Numbered from the whole stretch's first letter, positions 49,471 through 63,817 are shown. The stretch: 63,817 nt of DNA, filler included, from Reticulomyxa filosa (GCA_000512085.1; 27 parts of 27 records of this genome joined end to end with filler, not necessarily neighbours in it); one strand, 5' to 3'. Program-made: numbers and translations. Notes: generated by a model not told the origin, from the letters alone.

Positions 49471-51946
49471 GTTACCTATTGTAAAACAATACCAATTCAC
49501 GGTCATTTCAACAACAAATGTGCAAAAAAAAAAATGGGGAAAACGTATAATTTCTTCCCCCTTTTTTTTTTAAAAAATGTCAATGTTGACAGTTACAAAC
49601 CAAAGGGAGACATGCAAAANNNNNNNNNNNNNNNNNNNNNNNNNNNNNNNNNNNNNNNNNNNNTTAATTAATTAANNNNNNNNNNNNNNNNNNNNNNNNN
49701 NNNNNNNNNNNNNNNNNNNATTTGTGCATATGCGCACGCACACGACCAGTTTTGATACGATTGCCCAATATCCTCGTTTCGATTATTGTGCTCCATTTAT
49801 AAAATTAGTGCCATTTCCATACCGGTTGAGTTTCCCTTGCTCATTGGAGCCTGTATATTACAGTTCGATATAACCTTTGCAGACAATTGTTGGCATGGTA
49901 AAGCACCAGAAACTTGTGTCCCACCTACGTTTATGACACAAATAAGTTCTTTGCAATATTTCGAATTATCGCTGCGAGACATTGACATATTCCGTTCAAC
50001 ATTTTCCGTTGGGACGCACTATGTGAAGTTAGTATACGTCTGAGTGGCGACTTTAGTTATGGAATCGCTTTTTGCGTTTGGAAACATGCAAAGTCAATAA
50101 AACTGGCCGGCTGGTTGTTGTTTTTTTTCTTTTTATACAAATCATCGTCATCCTCTTCCTCCCCTTTCTCTTTCTTGCTTGCTGGTGTCCTGTGAGTTTC
50201 GAATTAAATTGAACCATAATGTCCATATCGTTTTTATTTTGCATGATATACGGTCTTCTTTTTTTCTTCTTGGGGAGCTTGATTTCATATTTGGCGGCAT
50301 CAATGTCTAGATATTGTCTGCGATTGATCGAGAGAAGCTTGCCAACTGTTCCAACTACAAGTTCATCTTCTCTTGTCGCCGTTTTGATGAGACACATACT
50401 TTGGCCTAATCGAGTGTACTTGAGTATTTGCAATGATGGAATATACAATTTTCATATTTCATTTTTCTATTAGACGTATTTGTTTCATCTTTTTTCTTGC
50501 TTTTGATTGCCGCTCAACACGTTGTCTGTAGTTTCCTGATACAGTTCGCCTCGTCGCTCCAGTCGCTGTCGTCGCTACTTTCACTTTGAGCGTTATAACT
50601 GTTTTCTTTCTGACGAGCTTCTATATTTGACGGCACCAAGATCTATATATTGTTTGAAATTTTTGAGATAATCTTGCCACACCGTCCCAACTCCATATCG
50701 TGATGTTTTCAATACAAGTGCATCTGCTCTTTTGACCTTATATGAAGAACCAATTTGGCCTGATCGAATGGACTTGAGCATTTGCAACGAGTGAATGTAT
50801 CATTTATATCTATTTTCTTGCTTTCTTGATTGCAATCCAACACGCCAGTATTCCATAGCCGATCCCAGATGCAATTAGTCAAAGATCATATGCACTTGCT
50901 CGGCAAACTCAAGGCAAACAACTATTGCTGCAATGAAGTCGGAAAATGAAAATATCTATTTTCTTTCTTCACCAATCGACAATGCTCAAAGTCACGCATG
51001 AGCTCACGATTCAAGTTGCGATTTTGCGCAACCACAATAAATTTTGGCACGATCTATGCCTTTTCTTTCTTTTTTCTCTTTTTTTTCGTTTTGTATTTTT
51101 TTTTATCTTTTTTTTACTTTTTTTTCTCATTGTCATCTTTTTTTTCTTTTAAATTTTTCAACACTTTTTTCATTTATTTTTATTTTCTTCAATTTCTTAA
51201 ATAAAAATTCAAAACTAATTTTCCCAATTTAATTTCCCCTTTTTCACCATTTGTTTTCCCCATGCATTTTCCCCATGCATTTTCCCCTTTTTTCCAATTT
51301 ATTTTCTACATTTTTCCCATTTACCCACCTTTTTCCATTTATTTTTTTTCCCCCAAATGTCCACTATCAACTAATTCGGACAGAAATAAAAATAAAAACT
51401 TAAAACTTTCCAATCGATCATATATTTTTTCTTTTGTACGGGGGGTGGTGTGTGTGTAAATAAAATTTTTTGTTGATGGGGGCGTGCCTATTGACAAACA
51501 CAAACATTTGACAAAAAAAAATAAAAAAAATAAAAAAATAAAAGATACAAACCCTTTCATGTTTTTTGCACAACGGGATGGCTTCAACCCCGAAATTGTT
51601 CTTTGTTTGGAGTTGGGAGTGTGACGTATACTGTTTTTTTTGAACAGACGGGTTGAGGCTGTTAATGAAAAAACAAACAACGTCAACTATGTCAAAAAAA
51701 ACAAACGTATAAATATATACCAAACCATTTTTACTCCTTGCGGAGACGGGGGGCCTTATCCCGTATTCATTTTTTTTTTCTCTAAGTGAAGGATGAACAG
51801 CAGCAGCTGACAAAAAAGACATCTTTTTTTTTGTTTCAGAGTTTNNNNNNNNNNNNNNNNNNNNNNNNNNNNNNNNNNNNNNNNNNNNTTAATTAATTAA
51901 NNNNNNNNNNNNNNNNNNNNNNNNNNNNNNNNNNNNNNNNNNNNCA

Positions 51947-52045
51947 GCACTAATCAAACAAAACATCAATGGCAATTGTGCTTGCGGTTCTGTCAAAAAG
52001 TATAAAAAATGCTGCATAAAAAAACGCTTACCGGTCTTCTCATAG
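51947..52045 (+). CDS. C-terminal SEC-C zinc-binding motif of a truncated gene
   Basis: NGNCACGSVKKYKKCCIKKRLPVFS* fits the CxCGSGKKYKxCC consensus. It is not in the ORF track. Confidence 0.6.
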   Translation, partial: ALIKQNINGNCACGSVKKYKKCCIKKRLPVFS

Positions 52046-54085
52046 CTCGATACTCGTTCGATCCATAGATGATCACTCTTTAGACTAATTATTTCATTGT
52101 TTCCATTTTTTAACCAATGTTTCCATAGGATTGGCAAAAAGATATCAAAAAGAGAAAAAAAGAGAAGTGAACAAGACTAGATATTTTCATAGCGCAACTT
52201 GCTAACTTTTGTATTTACTCTCAAATGACTGTTTGAGTCTCACTTGCATTTGATAGGACAAATTCATAGTACTATTACTTTTTTGATTAAAGCAAAAGCA
52301 ATTTAAATTTCATCTCATTCTGCTAAAAATCAGCAATATCAACGTTTATTATCCTTCTTTTTCTTTATCAACTTTCAGATATGCGTATCATTCAAGAGCG
52401 CTAACCACAAGCATTCTTTCTTGAGTATTAAATTTCTTTCATAATAAATTGTTGTTAGCTGTACCACTGCGCGAAACTCACTTTGACTGACTGCAAGTTC
52501 GTCTACACTGCGTGTAAAGAACAACAGTTAATGACAAAAACTTGATATATGTCACCTTATAAGGATAATTCATTCACACAGAAAAACTAACTGTTAATAT
52601 TTATTTCCAGTGCAATTTTTGAATATTTCAATTCTATCGTTTTCTAGCTGCCTTTACATATTTTTTGTTGAAAAATTGCTGTCACATTTCCCAACAACTC
52701 AAAAAAAAAGTGTGATGCAAGAAAAATAAATGGGTACTTATGACATGTTCAATATTGCAGATTGTCCATTGTGACAAATATTTTTTTTAAAAAAAAGATA
52801 TTGATGACCTCACCTTGACACCAGCAACACATCAGCGAGTTATTACTTAATAAGCAAAATTTAAAAATCTAATTATACCCCCTATGATCATAACATGCAT
52901 CACACTTTTTATAATTATCATTTCTTATTGAAAATTTTTAAATTCTTTTTTTTGATTATTTAATCAAAACATGTTGATAAATTTCATTTTTTATTGACAA
53001 AAATTGTAAATTCGAATAAATTTTCTTAATTCTGTTGTAAAAAGATATTAAAAAAACAATGAAAATTGTCTAGCAGACAGCAAATCAAATAATATTGCTT
53101 TTTGTTCAATGGATAGAAAAATTAAGAAGTAATAAAAAAATATCACATGAGGACGTATGGAAACAATATTTGATATCTTTTCTAATGCTATTTTCGAAAA
53201 ATGATCAAATCATAGCAATGAATTTACGGATGGCATTACAATAATTGGCGATACTTGAAACAACAGTCAATTTATTGAACCATCTTTCAAGGCTCTTATA
53301 TGCATTTATATCGTTCTCTAACTTAGAAAACATGTTTGATAAAGATTAATTTATCGAGGTTGTTTGCACATAGTATTTTTGGACACAGTATATTCATAAT
53401 GTCACAAAAAGAAACCATAATTGGCACCTTTGCATTTAACAAGCTTCAATGTATATCCAATAATGGAAACAAATTATTGTAATTTATTTAAAATAAGTTT
53501 TCAAAAAGGTAAATCAAACTAACAATAAAAGCCAATTTAACAAGCATAGAGTGAGATTACCTTTGCATATCGTTTGTTTTGTTATTCAGGTGCAGTATTT
53601 GGTCATTGGTTCGTTAAGATAATTGGGTTGATTTTCTCACGTAATTTTTTATCGTTTTGTGTTAAAAATATTATCAACATGCTGAATTATTTGATATAGT
53701 TGCATTAGACATATTACCATTTAGTTTATTGTCTTTGTTGGAAGTTTACAAAAAATGACGTATAGTTCAAGCTTCAAAACTTGAACAAATTCTTTTGCTT
53801 TAAGTTAATAATTATGTTAAAAAGTATTGTTTTCTTTTATTTTTTTGATTGTAATATGCAACCTTTTTTGCTCAATGTGATCCTCTTTCGTTGCAGTGAT
53901 AGTTGCAAACACTGGCTAAAGAAAATAGCCATAACTTTCGCAAATGTATAATTTTAAAAATAATTATCTAGTTGCGTTTTATGAAGTACTTAACGCACAC
54001 TTCCCAAACTGGCTTTGTTGTTTATGTTCGTTTCCCCCCCTTATAACGTCAACAGTAGGATAATTTTTTCATAATTAATTTAACC

Positions 54086-55052
54086 ATGGCATCATCTGAG
54101 ACAACATCCTCTCGTTATCTGTTGCCATTCTTATTATTCAGTGGATTTGTGATTGGAGCTTGTGCAACCTCGTTGTACGACAAGCACAACGAGAAGAAAG
54201 ACGCAAAAAGAAGCGCACGAATAAAAGTCTTGAAAACAAAGATAGCACAAGAATGGAAAAACTGAACACTGTTATCAATGGAAGATATGTAATTTGTTTT
54301 GGAATGCGCAAGCGAGATGAAGGAGCGAGTGTTACACGAGGACGAATCGCTTCTAACGATTGCGCCAAACAAAATACTCGGATGTATTATTTACGAGACC
54401 TCGATAAGAACATGCATCTTTTTCCAAATGGCGATGCAACAAGGTGAGACATTGGACGACACAGTTTGCTGTTGGCCCAATATTGCAATGCAGTGTGTAA
54501 ATATCGTCCTACCAAAGGTGCAGCAAAACAAATTGCCATTGCCACACAAATTTCGAAGAGGGGGGGAGGGGGAAAAAAGGAAGATATACTTTTTTAAAAA
54601 AAAAATGTGCAATTGAAATATGAAAGGACTGTGCATTCATTGGTTCTTGGTTTGTTCAAATTCAGAAATTTCAAGGTTCACTTAGTGTTCTTGAAATTTC
54701 CCCCTTTCCGAACGAATTGAAAAGTAAGTTGATTGAGGATAAACGTGTCAAGAAACACGATAATCACATGTTGAATCGGAAGAAATTACTCAAATAATTC
54801 TTCAACTCACTGATATCATGTATGCCACTCGCATTCAAAAAGAACGCTTTTCTGATCGCAGCATTTACGAAAATTTTAAAGGCGTATATGTTATTGATAA
54901 TTCATTGCTAGACAAATGCAAACCTAATGATTGTAATGCATCCTTTGTTACGAGTTGATGAAATCGCTACCGAGTGTGACGATAATAGTACTTCCAATAG
55001 ATGAAGTATAGAATATACGTGCGAATGGCTTTCTTGGGCAATCACTCTTTGA
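54086..55052 (+). pseudogene. pyrB: Aspartate carbamoyltransferase (ATCase) pseudogene
   Basis: In order: KILGCIIYETSIRT (decayed FYEPSTRT), GETLDDTV, YATRIQKERF, IVMHPLLRVDEIA (decayed HPLPR) and YVRMA. Multiple stops and frameshifts. Confidence 0.8.
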
Positions 55053-55119
55053 GCAAAGGACAACACTATGCTTATGATAATATCTTATTCGTTCATTATT
55101 TTGTATTAATTTTAAGTTT

Positions 55120-55620
55120 TTAAATTAGTCTATTGCATCTAATGAAAAATAATTTCTTTTCATAACATTTTTGCCTTTCGTAAGCTCTTCCTAAAAATCT
55201 GTACGAGTGAGCAACTTCAACGTGACTGTTTCCAAACACATGTAATCTGATGTTTAGTGTCTTTTTATGGCATTCAATTGCTTTATTGTACTGTATTTTA
55301 ACATGATAAATATTCCCCAACTTATTATATAAATCAGAAATAATTACAGATTACTCCCAAACATCTCTAATCTAATTGACAAAAGTTTTTCGTAATATTC
55401 TATTATTCTTCTTTTTTGAAATTCAATACAATCATTTTCTTTAATGTAAAACTGAAACTTGTTTTTTGTCTTGAATAAATTGTTAATACTCCAAAACAGT
55501 TTAAACAAGTTGCTTCTATTCGATGTTTCCAGAACACACCACACAAAGACACCATTAGAACAACATAATCTGAAATTTGAATACAATGATCTGCAAAAAA
55601 GTCTCAAAACTAAATATGTT
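55120..55620 (-). pseudogene. TPR-repeat pseudogene
   Basis: IQYNKAIECHKKTLNIRLHVFGNSHVEVAHSY and IEYYEKLLSIRLEMFG in broken frames. Confidence 0.7.
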
Positions 55621-57699
55621 CATTCAATCGCTTTTTGAAATTTTTAACAAAGACATTTTATTTATTTGGTTTTCTTTTATAATTTTATTGTGCCAGCGAA
55701 AATCGTAATACCTTGTGTTTAAACAGAAACAGTTTATTTTTTGTTAATTCCTGACAACAGCGAAAACTTGGCAGAAAAATAAAACATTCAATCCTCAAAA
55801 ATAAGATTTTATTATTCGATCGATAAAATTTTTTTTTTGTATAAATAAATAAATAGAGAAAGTTTGAACGTGGTCTGTCCAAAAAAGTACAGTTTAAGAG
55901 GGACTCAAAAGTTAAATTGTTTTTCATGTGAAAAATTGACGAAAGAATGAATACCACTACTCAAAAAAAAAAAGACTCATCATCTTTGGTAAGTTTTCTT
56001 CTCTTGAATCGAAGCAAGACGTACTAAGACGACTTAACAAAAAAAAGTCATAGAAAAAGGTATAGAAAATAATTGAAAATTGATTGCGAAATGCAATGTA
56101 AAATTAGGATGGTAAGCAATTTTGACAAATTTGTTTTTAAATATGTTAAGTACTATTTTTAAAAAAAATGAAGAAAACGAAAAAATTGAATAATGAATAA
56201 CGCAACAATGCATTAATCCAATTTTTGTGCAATTCACTTGATAGTAATTAATCTACGTTTGGATCATTTTCTGTTGGTTCTTTTTTTCTTGGTCTATAAA
56301 AAAAATTTTTTTGGAAATGTTCACAGTCCTCTTTTTTTTTGTTGTTGTCTTTCAAACTTGTTGAATTTTCGTAGTACAGCCATTTAATCTTGCACACTTG
56401 TAGAAACACTAAAAATTAATGAATATATTTTGTGTTGAGATTACGACGTTCATGTATGTAACAACAAATTTTGTGAGCTTTTCTTAGTCAAAATATCCAT
56501 TAAATAAGTTTTTTGTTGTTAAAATAGAAAGAAACGTTAGTTGAATCATTATAACATATACTTCATGTTGTTTATTATGTTATATATTGTTTCTTCATGA
56601 AAAAAATAATTATTTGTATAAAGTGCAACTGTATAAAATAATATTTGAATATGTATTATACAAAGTTTCAAATATTCAAAATCTTATTATAAACTATGTT
56701 TGCGTTTATTTTCTTTTCATATCAATTAATTAACAATTTGTATACAATAGTCATTATTAAAAACTAAAATTCAGGATCCACCTATTACATTATTTTTCGA
56801 ATCCTTAAAATCAATTTGCTTTATATAATATAATTAAATTTTTTCTTTATTATTTGCAGAAAACCAAATTTGAGCATTCAAGAATGTATGACTTTTGAAA
56901 TATATTTTAAATCATATTTAGTGTTGCAATCATTTGCAAATTGTTGGAATTTGTGATAATTAAATATCATGATGAAAAGCATTTGCCACAATTAATGCAA
57001 TTTACATTTTCTTTAGATAAATAAGTGAATCTTTTCATTGCTTGTTTGATGTTAAGTCTTTTTTTTCTTAACTATAGGAATCCTTAATTTCACTTTTATA
57101 TAATCAGAAAAATAATTTCAAGTATTCTACAAATTATACATTATCAATATAACTATTTTTCTAAATATAGTAAAAGAAAAAACTATGATATATATTATCT
57201 GAATGACATTTTTTTTTTGTAAGTTAAAAAAGTTACTAGCTTCTTCCAATTAAAAAAATGCAAGTATATGGCAATGAGAAATAAACTGATGTGGAAGATC
57301 GAAAAAAAGCGGAACTTTGAACGGAAAAGTATATTTTTTTTTGTTAGCAGAAAGGAAATTCAAGAATAAAAAATATTGTAGCGCTAAATAATAAATACAA
57401 TACATTAAACAAAATAATCAACAATATACAGTTTACACTAACAAAAGTACACAAGTAGCTACAGTGATAATGTGCATGCGATGTTTTTAACACCTAATGT
57501 GTATGTTGTGTTGTATTCGCAGATAGTTTAAATTGCCTCTTACCATCTTCAAATGTTTGCATTGTGATTTTTTTTATTCAAATCAAACTATTTTTCAAAT
57601 GAACAAAATATTTTTCAAAAAAACTCTATTACTTATAAGTTTTTCGTCTTAAGAATGTGTGAAGAAAAAACATTTGAAAAGACTTCAATTCCTTTCAAA

Positions 57700-58110
57700 T
57701 TGTGAAGAAGCTGCATAATCCACTTTCTGAAGCTAAATGTATCATACAACAACGAAATTCTCATTTGTTGATGTTTGCATCAACTCGATTGTTATTCTTA
57801 TCACACAGATAAAGACAAATATAAATTTATTTGTTCGTACCCAAGTGATATTAAATTAGAATGTCACTGTGTCGTAGAACTGGTAGACAACAGTACTGAA
57901 ATTGTATTGCTTTCTTTCGGTGGAAGTATAAACATATATTGATAATGAAATATCTTAGCGTTTGGTTTGGAATAATGCTAATGAAAAAATTAAGGACTTG
58001 GTGCCATCAATGAATTTCTTTCAGAAATAATAACGTAATAAAGTTAATATTATGGATGAAAGAGATAATTATCTTGGAGCACGTATAGCGATTGGTGGAT
58101 ACATTTAATG
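57700..58110 (+). pseudogene. Kelch-like repeat family pseudogene
   Basis: NEILIC*...CYSYHTDKDKYKFICSYPSDIKLECHCVVELVD...IVLLSFGG...MKYLSVW...NYLGARIAIGG with stops and frameshifts. Confidence 0.6.
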
Positions 58111-60008
58111 TATTAAAAAATGTATTATTAATACTAATGATAAAATATTATATCCTTGTTTTATCGCAAATCCAGCAATAATAAAACTGGATAAAACAAC
58201 TGAAACGTTATTATTTTGTCAGTTGTCAATACCTTCAATCAATCCGCAAATTATTGAACAATCTGTAATATGATTGTTAGCGTATGGCAGTTGATGCGTA
58301 GTTTGAAGTATGCCATCGGCTGCATACATTGCCGCATGCATTGCAAACCAATGGAATTGAATCTATGCTATCTAAGACAAAAGCGATTTTGGCACTAATT
58401 TTGGAATGCATTAATCGCTTGAAAACGCTAGCAAAGGATTACAAACGTGGGGCTTCACTAACAAAATGCTATTGAACGAGAAATGTACTTTCGAATGAAA
58501 GGACAAGAGAAGATACAAAAGAAGTTACTACATATTACCGGAAGCCTTTACAAAGTGTATCATGATTTCGTTAATGTATGAAGAGCTACTGCACTATCGA
58601 ACATTGTCCATAAAACATTGTCAACAGAATCGTTATTATGTAGACGAATTTGTTCCTGATTTATCTGTGTGAAAGAGACTTGGAAAATGCTACTATGAAT
58701 ATAAATTAAGTGGTCAATACAACTATCGCAAATACAACAACGGCATGATTTCTTGATACATGTACAGCATGAACCTTTATTAATTTATCATAACTATAAT
58801 CACAAATATTTGAAATATCTTATTTTTCTTTTAAATTGAATAATTTTTTAATCTAAATTAATTCTTGTTTGTTGATAGCTCTTCTGCTGTTGTTATTTTT
58901 TTATTTTGTTTATCAAGTTCTTCGGCTAATTTATTTATGACATCTTTTGCGTAATCATTCTAATGCTTAATTATTCTTTTGATAATCTATTTAAATTATA
59001 TTTAAAAAATTTTACAAAAAAGTAAGTATGATATATATGTATACATATATAAATATATAAAAGGAACTAGAAGCAACTTGAGAGCTATAAAGGATTTAAA
59101 AGCTAATTAACTTAAACGTCAAAAACAACTCGCATCAGATGCAATTCCCATACACTACACAGTTCCTTTATAAATATGTACATACGTTTAAATTAGTTCC
59201 AGTATGTCTTTGAATTAAGTAGCGTTATCACTAGTAATAACAATGTTTATAAGTTTTTATTGTTAAAAGTCTTTTTTATTAAATGTAACCGCCGGTGTAA
59301 CACCTGTCGTGTTTTCTCCACCGGACTCATATGGACTGCAAGCACAACCACCAGCAGACTGTCTCTTGACATTGGATTCCGCCAACGAAACGGTGAATAT
59401 GTCAAGCTTCTGGACTAATTTGAAATGTTGTTACTGGTTGCAATTCTGTGTTGTCGAATATTTCGCATAATTTGCGGACTGGTTGATTCGATTGGTTTAT
59501 CTTCATTTGATGGAAGTACTGAATCTAACGATGATATATTGTTAGAAGACTTTGATTTCATTGTTTGTTAGATACTCGCTTGTTGTTCAATATCGTCCTT
59601 CTTTGTCTCACCAAAACTGTCGATGGAGGCACCAACTTTGAGATTCCTCCAACATATCTCAAAGTTAACTCTTTTTTTTTTTCACAATTTTTCCCCAGAA
59701 CTTCTGACTCACGAAGTTTGCTGTTTTATAAACAATAAAAGTCAAATATATAACATATCATTNNNNNNNNNNNNNNNNNNNNNNNNNNNNNNNNNNNNNN
59801 NNNNNNTTAATTAATTAANNNNNNNNNNNNNNNNNNNNNNNNNNNNNNNNNNNNNNNNNNNNAAAAAAAAAAATCTTCGTATGTACGTAAGTCGCATGTA
59901 CAAACAAATGGAAGACAAAAAAAAAAGGGGGGGGGAGGAGAAGAGAAAGGAGAAAGAGGGGGGGAAAAGGAGAAAAAAAAAAAAAAAGGTATGTAGTAAA
60001 AAAAAAAA

Positions 60009-60984
60009 GTGATACTTGTTATTAAATTTGGAGACTCTTCTGTTGGACCTCCTAACGTTCATTTCAAATTCTTTTTTTTCGCGTTCCTCTTGTTCGAAAA
60101 TGAATTGGAACTGCTCCTTTGGGAACATTTCTTCCTTGTGCCAGATTGCTTCGCGACAAAACGGAACTGTATTGTTGTTGTTGTTGTCGCAGTTGCAATC
60201 ATTGCCCGGAGCAGAATTGAACAAAGCTTCTTTGCCGACACTTTGCAAATACTGCCGGAGCACTTGCGAGGCGCACTGCAACTCGCCAGAGAAATTTACC
60301 GTCTTGCTGTTGTGCTTGTTGCAAGAAAAGCTGGTCTGTGACGAATCCAACAATTTTGCATTGTCATCATTTTGCTGTGCGTTTTTATCTTTGTCTTTGA
60401 ACGTTGTCATTGCTGTTGCTGTTGTCAAGATTGAACTCTCCGTGCTCGGCTGGGCGTTCAATTGACTTGACCCGCTGTGTTGTGGTTCTTTTTCGCTTGG
60501 CCTTTGAACGTTACATTCCGGAGTACTGTGAGCAGTGGATCGACGCAAGGCGAACGACAATGACGATGACGACGATGACAGCAATGCCTTTTTGTTGTAT
60601 CTGTTATCGTCACGGCTCACTTCCTTTGCTACACTAGCTCCAGACTGAACAGTTTCATCATTGGCGTTGCTTATGGTCAAATCAATGATCACCTCTTCTC
60701 CAATCATTTGTTTGCGATTATTATTATTATTATTATTATTATTATTGTTGTTATTATTGCAATAGCCATGGTTGTTTGGCTTGACCTTCACTGGGTCCAG
60801 CGCCGGCAGCGTCAATAAAGGCCTGCTGTGATGCTGTTCTGCTGTCGTGTCTTTGATTGAGGCCTGCGGTGCAAATGTTTTCACTGCGATCGGGATATAG
60901 TTCAAACTCGAATTTGCAATAGCACTATTTTGAAGGGGCAACGTATACGCCGCAGAAAATTCATGTGCGATGTTATTATTATTA
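60009..60984 (-). CDS. Low-complexity (N/S-rich) exon of an unidentified protein
   Basis: Open frame of more than 300 codons running into an intron-like T-rich tract. Confidence 0.55.
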
Positions 60985-61179
60985 NNNNNNNNNNNNNNNN
61001 NNNNNNNNNNNNNNNNNNNNNNNNNNNNTTAATTAATTAANNNNNNNNNNNNNNNNNNNNNNNNNNNNNNNNNNNNNNNNNNNNTTTTTTTTTTTTTTTG
61101 CACAAAAATCACCATTTGAAAAAAAATTTCTGTTGTAAAGTTGTTTTCACTTTTGAAAATTAGAAAGATCTTATATTCT

Positions 61180-61845
61180 AAATACTGAAATCATGCAAGA
61201 AGAGATAAAACATTTATTGTTAAAGATGAAAGCAAAACAAACTTTATGTTAAATTTCATGTAAAGACAAATGCAACGTATTTGTTCTTGTTCAAATAATT
61301 TTATCTTCTTAGTTGGTTGTTCCATACAAAAAGAGGAAAATTTTAGGTCTTTTAGTTCAAAGTTCAAAAGGATTAAAAGTAAAAAAACTTGCTGCAGTAC
61401 AATCCTTGAGTAATTTCCCCTGTTCTTAATAATGAAACGAGATTGTTCCACCATTTAAGAACTGAAAAGGGAAAAAAAGAACTGAGTGTTTTTTAGAAAT
61501 GCATATTCAAGATTATCTCACGTGCAAATGATAACATCAACAAGAATTTAAATATTTTAGGCTTGATAGGAAATTCAATTACATGAATTTTGTTGTTTAT
61601 TATTTTTATCTTTTTCTTCATGAATGGTACTCTTTGAAGGTAAAAGACTTTGACATAATTTAAATTTTGAATGATAAAGTCATTGAAACAAAAGAATATA
61701 AAAAAAAAATGGAAAATTAAATCAATTATCTTCATGATGTGATATGAAATATTATTTGTGGAAGAACAGTCATAATTAGTATAATACTTTTTTATGATAG
61801 CTTCACTAAAGTACAAACTCATGAAAAAAGAATAACAATTGCACA
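61180..61845 (+). repeat. Dispersed non-coding repeat, copy 3
   Basis: Aligns with copies 1 and 2; the shared spurious ORF MSLYFSEAIIK appears in copies 2 and 3. Confidence 0.85.
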
Positions 61846-62817
61846 ACTAGCGTTAATAAGTTTTAGTACAAGCTTTCAAATAGTCTGTTGCCTTTTTTAT
61901 TGCAATCTAGTTAACATCAGGATTTAACAAGATGTGCAAAAATTTTTCAATATCTTGACAAGACAGTATCGAGAATGAACTGAATTCAACACAATTCCGA
62001 CAGGAGCAAGCGGGCAACAGAAACAATTCTTGGAGCAGAAGTTGGGGAGACAACCAAGAGTGAATCAATAATTGACAATCACTCGCAACGTGAAGACAAG
62101 TAAGCGGATGAATGTGTGTATGTGTGCGTGACTGCAACCACTCGAATGGTGGACATGCTGATTGCCTTGAGCGAACTCACCCAAATATGGCTTCGCTTTT
62201 TATTTTCTTCAATATCTTTAGCGAACTTGCCATCTTGGGTCTTCAATACACGTGTTTAGTGCGCAGACATCTAATTGAAAAAAATAAAAATTAAAGTGAA
62301 TTTATATACTTGATAAATTTAATTGCACAATGAAAAAAAATAAAATTCAGGCTTAATGATAGTACATGAATCGTAAAAGCAAGGATCATATCACTTATGC
62401 TTTTCGACATAATATATATATAAACTCTTCTTTGAAAACAAGGAAATTATGGTATCATATTTCGTGTCTGTATAAATCTTTTCAACGATAAAATGAATAA
62501 AGATATAATAATAAGATTCTATCACATGGTCAAAGTTCTAGATTAAAAAACAGCTAAAAGTATGTAATTAGTTCATCGTAAACAAATCTATAAAACTACT
62601 GTCGATATTACGTGCACCAAAAGCATATTATCAACGATTTGGTGAAGTATTGCAAAATGTACAGATTGTAAAAGCTATTGGATCTGACACAAACATGCAA
62701 AGTCATTGCAATATTGCNNNNNNNNNNNNNNNNNNNNNNNNNNNNNNNNNNNNNNNNNNNNTTAATTAATTAANNNNNNNNNNNNNNNNNNNNNNNNNNN
62801 NNNNNNNNNNNNNNNNN

Positions 62818-63817
62818 AGCCAATGAAAAGAGAGGCGGACAATGGCTTCATCGATCGTATCGTTAAAATTCGACGGCTGAAACTTCTTTGTCACTGGAGA
62901 TGTTGACAACAAATTTTTTTATGCAAGTTTTTTCCACCTCTGAAGTTATGAAATTCAAATTTTGCAAGTACGGAAATATTTCTATTTTTGTGTAAAAGAC
63001 ATTGACAAAAAATGCACTATTTTTTTTGGATAAGTCATTGCAAAAATATATATGCATATATGTACATACATACAAATATATGTATGTTTATAAAGCTGTA
63101 ACCAGATAAATTTGTAGATAAATTGGAGCTGGATATAGACAATACTGCAGTTAATAAAGGAGAAAGGTCTTGCTTGTTACCAGTATAGCAATCAATATTT
63201 TTCAACACTAGCTTAGCTTTGAAATGTTTATATTTTTTACTAAAGTTTTCATTGAATGGCCATACAAGCCATTCAAGGTTATGTTGCCACTGTAATCGAG
63301 AAAATACCTTGCTCTGACCGAATAGTGAAAAGTACTGTCGAAGCCATGATTGCGAAAAGAACATTTGGACCCACTCCATATTTTTCAACACGCAACATTG
63401 TTTGATGAACCACTTGTGTAAATGATGCTCATACTCTTGCCACTCTTCAAAAAGTCCCTGATTGCTCTGGAAATAAGACAGATCTATGCAAATGCCTGTT
63501 AAATACGATCTAATTTCTTCATTCTCTGATAAACGCTCCGACATTGTCGCAATTTTGACTAAGGACGAAATATTTCGGATCAACCGTACTTTCAGTTGTG
63601 ATGCGACGGAAATCTTTTCATCTCGATTGCGACTTGGCTGTCTTAGCGCATGTCCTTCAAACTTCGTGGTGATATGTAGTTTTTCGTGTATTCGATTCAG
63701 GTTAACGTACAAATGCGGTGACTCTTCGAGGATATGTGTCCATTGTTTCCGCACGAGTATTTCCAAGACTTGTAACTTGAGTAAAGATTGGAATGAAGAG
63801 ATGTGAACAAAGTCTTG
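62818..63817 (-). CDS. Internal exons of a large unidentified protein
   Basis: Open frame 63817 to about 63100, a TA-rich intron, then the frame resumes near 63035. Confidence 0.55.

Noticed and set aside
49720-50950. Internally repeated minus-strand peptide (QYLDIDAAKY / QYIDLGAVKY)
   Set aside because: Probably a decayed repeat-domain gene; too degenerate to assign.
5437-62817. Regularly recurring TTAATTAATTAA palindrome as a biological repeat or CRISPR-like array
   Set aside because: It is always centred in 44+44 Ns and is a six-frame-stop assembly linker. ORFs ending in XXX-LIN or XXX-N are artefacts.

Overview
This is not one continuous locus. It is 27 short eukaryotic contigs joined by artificial 100-bp spacers (N44-TTAATTAATTAA-N44, stop codons in all six frames), so adjacency across spacers is meaningless. 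The DNA is AT-rich with short introns, AAT/poly-A tracts, many pseudogenes and repeated WD40, TPR, Kelch, TRAF-zinc-finger and caspase-like family members. That content, plus an MA-MQIF ubiquitin start, points to a rhizarian, most likely a foraminiferan such as Reticulomyxa (inference). Recognisable genes: BLOC1S1, UBE2K, a WD40 protein, a GH25 lysozyme, a VPS13-like fragment, CAX, EXOSC8, CRNKL1, ubiquitin, two head-to-head TRAF-zinc-finger paralogs, a GRK-family kinase, coronin and an ATCase pseudogene. The standout is 13298-14900: about 1.6 kb of roughly 50% GC, non-coding, densely base-paired minus-strand sequence. It holds a complete type I hammerhead ribozyme and a second hammerhead core whose GUC cleavage strand lies about 800 nt away. 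The two hammerheads share a co-varying loop II pseudoknot, and there is a third, variant core. The two cuts would release a 1048-nt RNA. A TATA-like box and a telomere-template-like CUAAACCCUA lie at the 5' end.
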